From Azolla caroliniana (taxonomy: Eukaryota > Plantae > Polypodiophyta), in assembly GCA_043228905.1 (NCBI GenBank), contig JBHGNT010000014.1:16244001-16308000 (forward strand): a DNA stretch of 64,000 nucleotides, written 5' to 3'. Shown here one piece after another: positions 61,235-64,000 of this stretch; within the stretch, counting starts at the first letter, position 1; each line of letters begins with the position of its first letter. Position numbers and translations under genes: made by a program. Under the pieces are notes generated by a model, which searched no databases, was not told the origin of the DNA, and saw only the letters and a list, made by a program, of their open reading frames with translations.

Positions 61235-63359
61235 ATCCCCTCTCTCTCCCTCTCTCTCGCAACACCACCAGATTAGCTTTTACTGCACTCCTCAATGTCA
61301 AATACCTTCCATCGTATCTCCTTCTTGATCTTCCAGTCTTTCTTTCGATCCCTTTCTTCTGATCGGAAGCAATGCAGAACAACAGCAAATCTGGACCCCA
61401 ACTATTTCCTGCTGGAAAATTTCTTCCGTTGTTTCCTTTCTTTCTTTCTTTTCTTTGAATCAGAGGCAATGCAGAGGGGAAATTTCTGAGCCTGAGATAG
61501 CCTGTCGAGCTTCTTGGGAAGTTCGTGTTCTTTCTGCCTGTGTTTTCGTTGTCCTCTGAAGTGTCTTGACTGATCAGAAGAATGCAGCGGGAAAATCTGC
61601 ACACGAACCAGCTCGCCGAACCTTCTTCCCTATTCTCCCGCCTAATCAGAGCAATTGTATCGACCAAATCTGGAACAAACACAGGATAAATCTTCCTTCC
61701 TTCTTCTTCTTCTTCTTCTTCTTCTGATCGTCAAGTCTCCCACAGAGAAAGGCTTACAAAAACCCACGTCCTTGATCTTGTAAGAAGAAGAAGAAGAAGA
61801 AGAAAAGCCCCTCAAAAAAACACAGTGGCAGAGCTCGATCAGGGGACCCAGAGAAGGAAGGAAGGAAGGAAGGAAGGAAGGAATGGTGTGCTTCTGATTC
61901 TGGTTCGAGCAAAGGAAGGGCAGAGCAGGAAGGAGCGGGGAAACCCTAAAAAACGGAACTGTGTGGGGATCAAGGGAATGAATGAATGAATGAATGTGAG
62001 AGAGAAACAGAGAAACAGAGAAACAGAGGCAAAAGAAAAAAGGAAGGTATCCATCCTCCATAGTTTAACAGTTATGCAGCATACTTTGCATTCGCGAATG
62101 TTTTAACCCTTCGCGTATGGTAAACACCCTCGGAGAATGGTAAATACCATATAACTATTTAATATTAATATTATGAGGTAAATAAACCTATAAATAAATA
62201 ACCTTTAAAAAAGGGGGGGAGGAAAAAGCACGAGAATGTTTGAATAACATTCGCATTCGTTTTCCAACGTAGGAAAACGAATGTTATGCTAGACGAACAC
62301 GAATTGTACGTACTATGTGGACCTCAGATGAAGCAAAGCTATGGCTATCACATACATACATACATACATACATACATACATACATACATACAGAAAGATG
62401 TACATATTAACATCTTCTAAGACCAAAATTGGCCCATGAGACAATTGGTTTACAACGTGAATGGGGTATTTACCTATTCATCGAAAGTAAAACTAAAAAT
62501 AAAATAAAGCTTAAGCTAAACAGTTCTTAGTAAGAAAAACATGTATTATAAGGAAATGATTTTATACTAGGGCCTAGTTTCATTTCCATCCAAGTCTCTC
62601 GAAAAGAAGCGGGAGGTCAAAGGGTTTCGATGTGGATGTGGCCCGTGGTGGTCCCAATGTAAAAGGTACCCCCCCAACCATAGCTTCTAGGCAGCATAGC
62701 TCATGTTCCCTTATCTTCTTAATCGTTTCTACTCCATGTCAAGGAACTTTGAAACCCAACATCCGAGGGCATTTGGTTGTTCTTTGCATTTCAGCTTCAT
62801 CAAGATAGAGGCCGAGTGGTGTAGGTGTGTCCACATTCATCGTCTCCCCTAGTTCCTGAAAAATTACATTAGTTACATGTTGGTGAATATTAAGAGAGTT
62901 ATGGTTAACACTTTGTAATTTATTCTCCCTATGTTGTTTTAGCTCTAAGATATACCTACCCAATCTCTTTCTATACGGGGGGCTATCTAATAGTTTGGAG
63001 AGGGCGAGAGAGGGTCCTAGTATGTCTTGGTATTTCGCCCTTATCTCGATATAAGTTGGACACTTGCATGTAAAGTGATACTCATCCTCTATCTCTATGT
63101 GACATAACTGACATAGCCTTTCCTCTTGAGGGACTCTATTAGCACGACCATTCTCAAACTCAAGTTGGTGAGATGATATCGTAAGTTATCCAATGGCCAC
63201 CCTTAGTGCATTTGATAAGAATGTATCTAGATATTTTGGTCGTGTCATAAAACTTTATTTAGAGAAGTGCAACAAGTGTTCAACATTTTAGATGTGATTG
63301 GCTCTCGTGGGGTGATCCGTTTATATCAGGTGTAAATTTGCCATATTTCTTGGCATATT

Positions 63360-63821
63360 ACGCACGAGTAGGGGGAGTCAAAGCGACGTTGGAAACCAGC
63401 AAGGGAAGGCCGAGACGGAATGTTGGTATTGTGGCAAGAAAGGCCACCAAGAGAGTGAGTGCTGGAAGAAGCGTGCTGATTCAGATAAATTGGGATCCGA
63501 CAGAACCAGACAACGGAACTAGCAAAGCTCGCACTACGCTGAAGGATCAGAAGGGATCGAAAAAGGGCCAACCTTTGTGATGAAACACAAGGCGAAATCA
63601 ATGAATAAGACCACTTCCGGATTGGAGGAAGTGTGGTATGTTGATTCGGGAGCATCTAACCACATGACGAGACATGAAGAGTGGTTCTCGTTTTTGGAAA
63701 GGCATGAGAAATTGGGAGTTGTTGAAACCAGAGACGACACTCCTCGCCCGATTGAACATGTCGGAGAAGTTCCCCTCAGCCATGTCGAACATAGAGGGAA
63801 GATCATGAATGTGTTGCAAGT
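63360..63821 (+). pseudogene. Copia gag-knuckle/protease fragment related to element D
   Basis: CWYCGKKGH and VWYVDSGASNHMT; collinear with D 20490-20960. Confidence 0.85.
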
Positions 63822-64000
63822 TGTCGTGAAGATCCGTCACTACGCGCGGATCATGAGGCGGAACCACCGGGGTTTTGGACCAGAAGGACTCAAAGTTTGC
63901 ACCAGCTTTAGTGAGAAAGGAATTAAGATAGATTGAAAGAGAGAGAGAGATTGAGATAAGATAGAACACTTGACTTTAAATTGAGAGAGATTAAGATTGA
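63822..64000. mobile_element. Terminus of another LTR inserted in the copia fragment
   Basis: Copia homology stops at NVLQV and the sequence switches to TGTCGTGAAGA, the same terminal 11-mer as the A and B LTRs. Confidence 0.6.

Noticed and set aside
62243-62292. 12-bp hairpin CATTCGTTTTCC/GGAAAACGAATG followed by CTAG (possible Helitron 3' end); also HSE-like TTCgcGAA at ~62091 upstream of DnaJ
   Set aside because: CTAG is followed by A rather than T and no 5' end was found; the HSE has only two perfect units, too weak to call.

Overview
Eukaryotic land-plant DNA: spliceosomal introns, TTTAGGG telomeric repeats, plant tRNA-primed retroelements. The retroelement types suggest a non-seed plant, but the species cannot be fixed from sequence. 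Positions 1-24.3 kb are a four-level retrotransposon nest. A decayed LINE hosts a Ty1/copia element (D, minus strand, iMet PBS). D hosts a chromovirus-like Ty3/gypsy element (C, 7380-19053, TSD CCTTT), and C hosts a GC-rich tRNA-Trp-primed gypsy element (B, 11216-18031, 4-bp TSD ACGG). A second member of B's family (A, 1-6304, minus strand) also sits in D and has apparently intact reading frames. The remainder is AT-rich intergenic DNA with decayed TEs and short tandem duplications, plus four host genes: a GT37 fucosyltransferase, a 78-aa four-exon small protein missed by the ORF track, an RPYHRNCxCALH-motif protein, and a type II DnaJ/Hsp40. The most unusual signals are RNA-level features of the retroelements. 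(1) A and B share a gag-protease / RT-RH-INT layout joined by a G_GAU_UUU_UAG candidate -1 frameshift with a conserved downstream structure. (2) Element C appears self-priming (Tf1-like), and its LTR carries antisense Pol III A/B boxes at tRNA spacing inside a rod-like hairpin. (3) A telomeric-repeat insertion disrupts C's gag. All coordinates and counts were read by hand.
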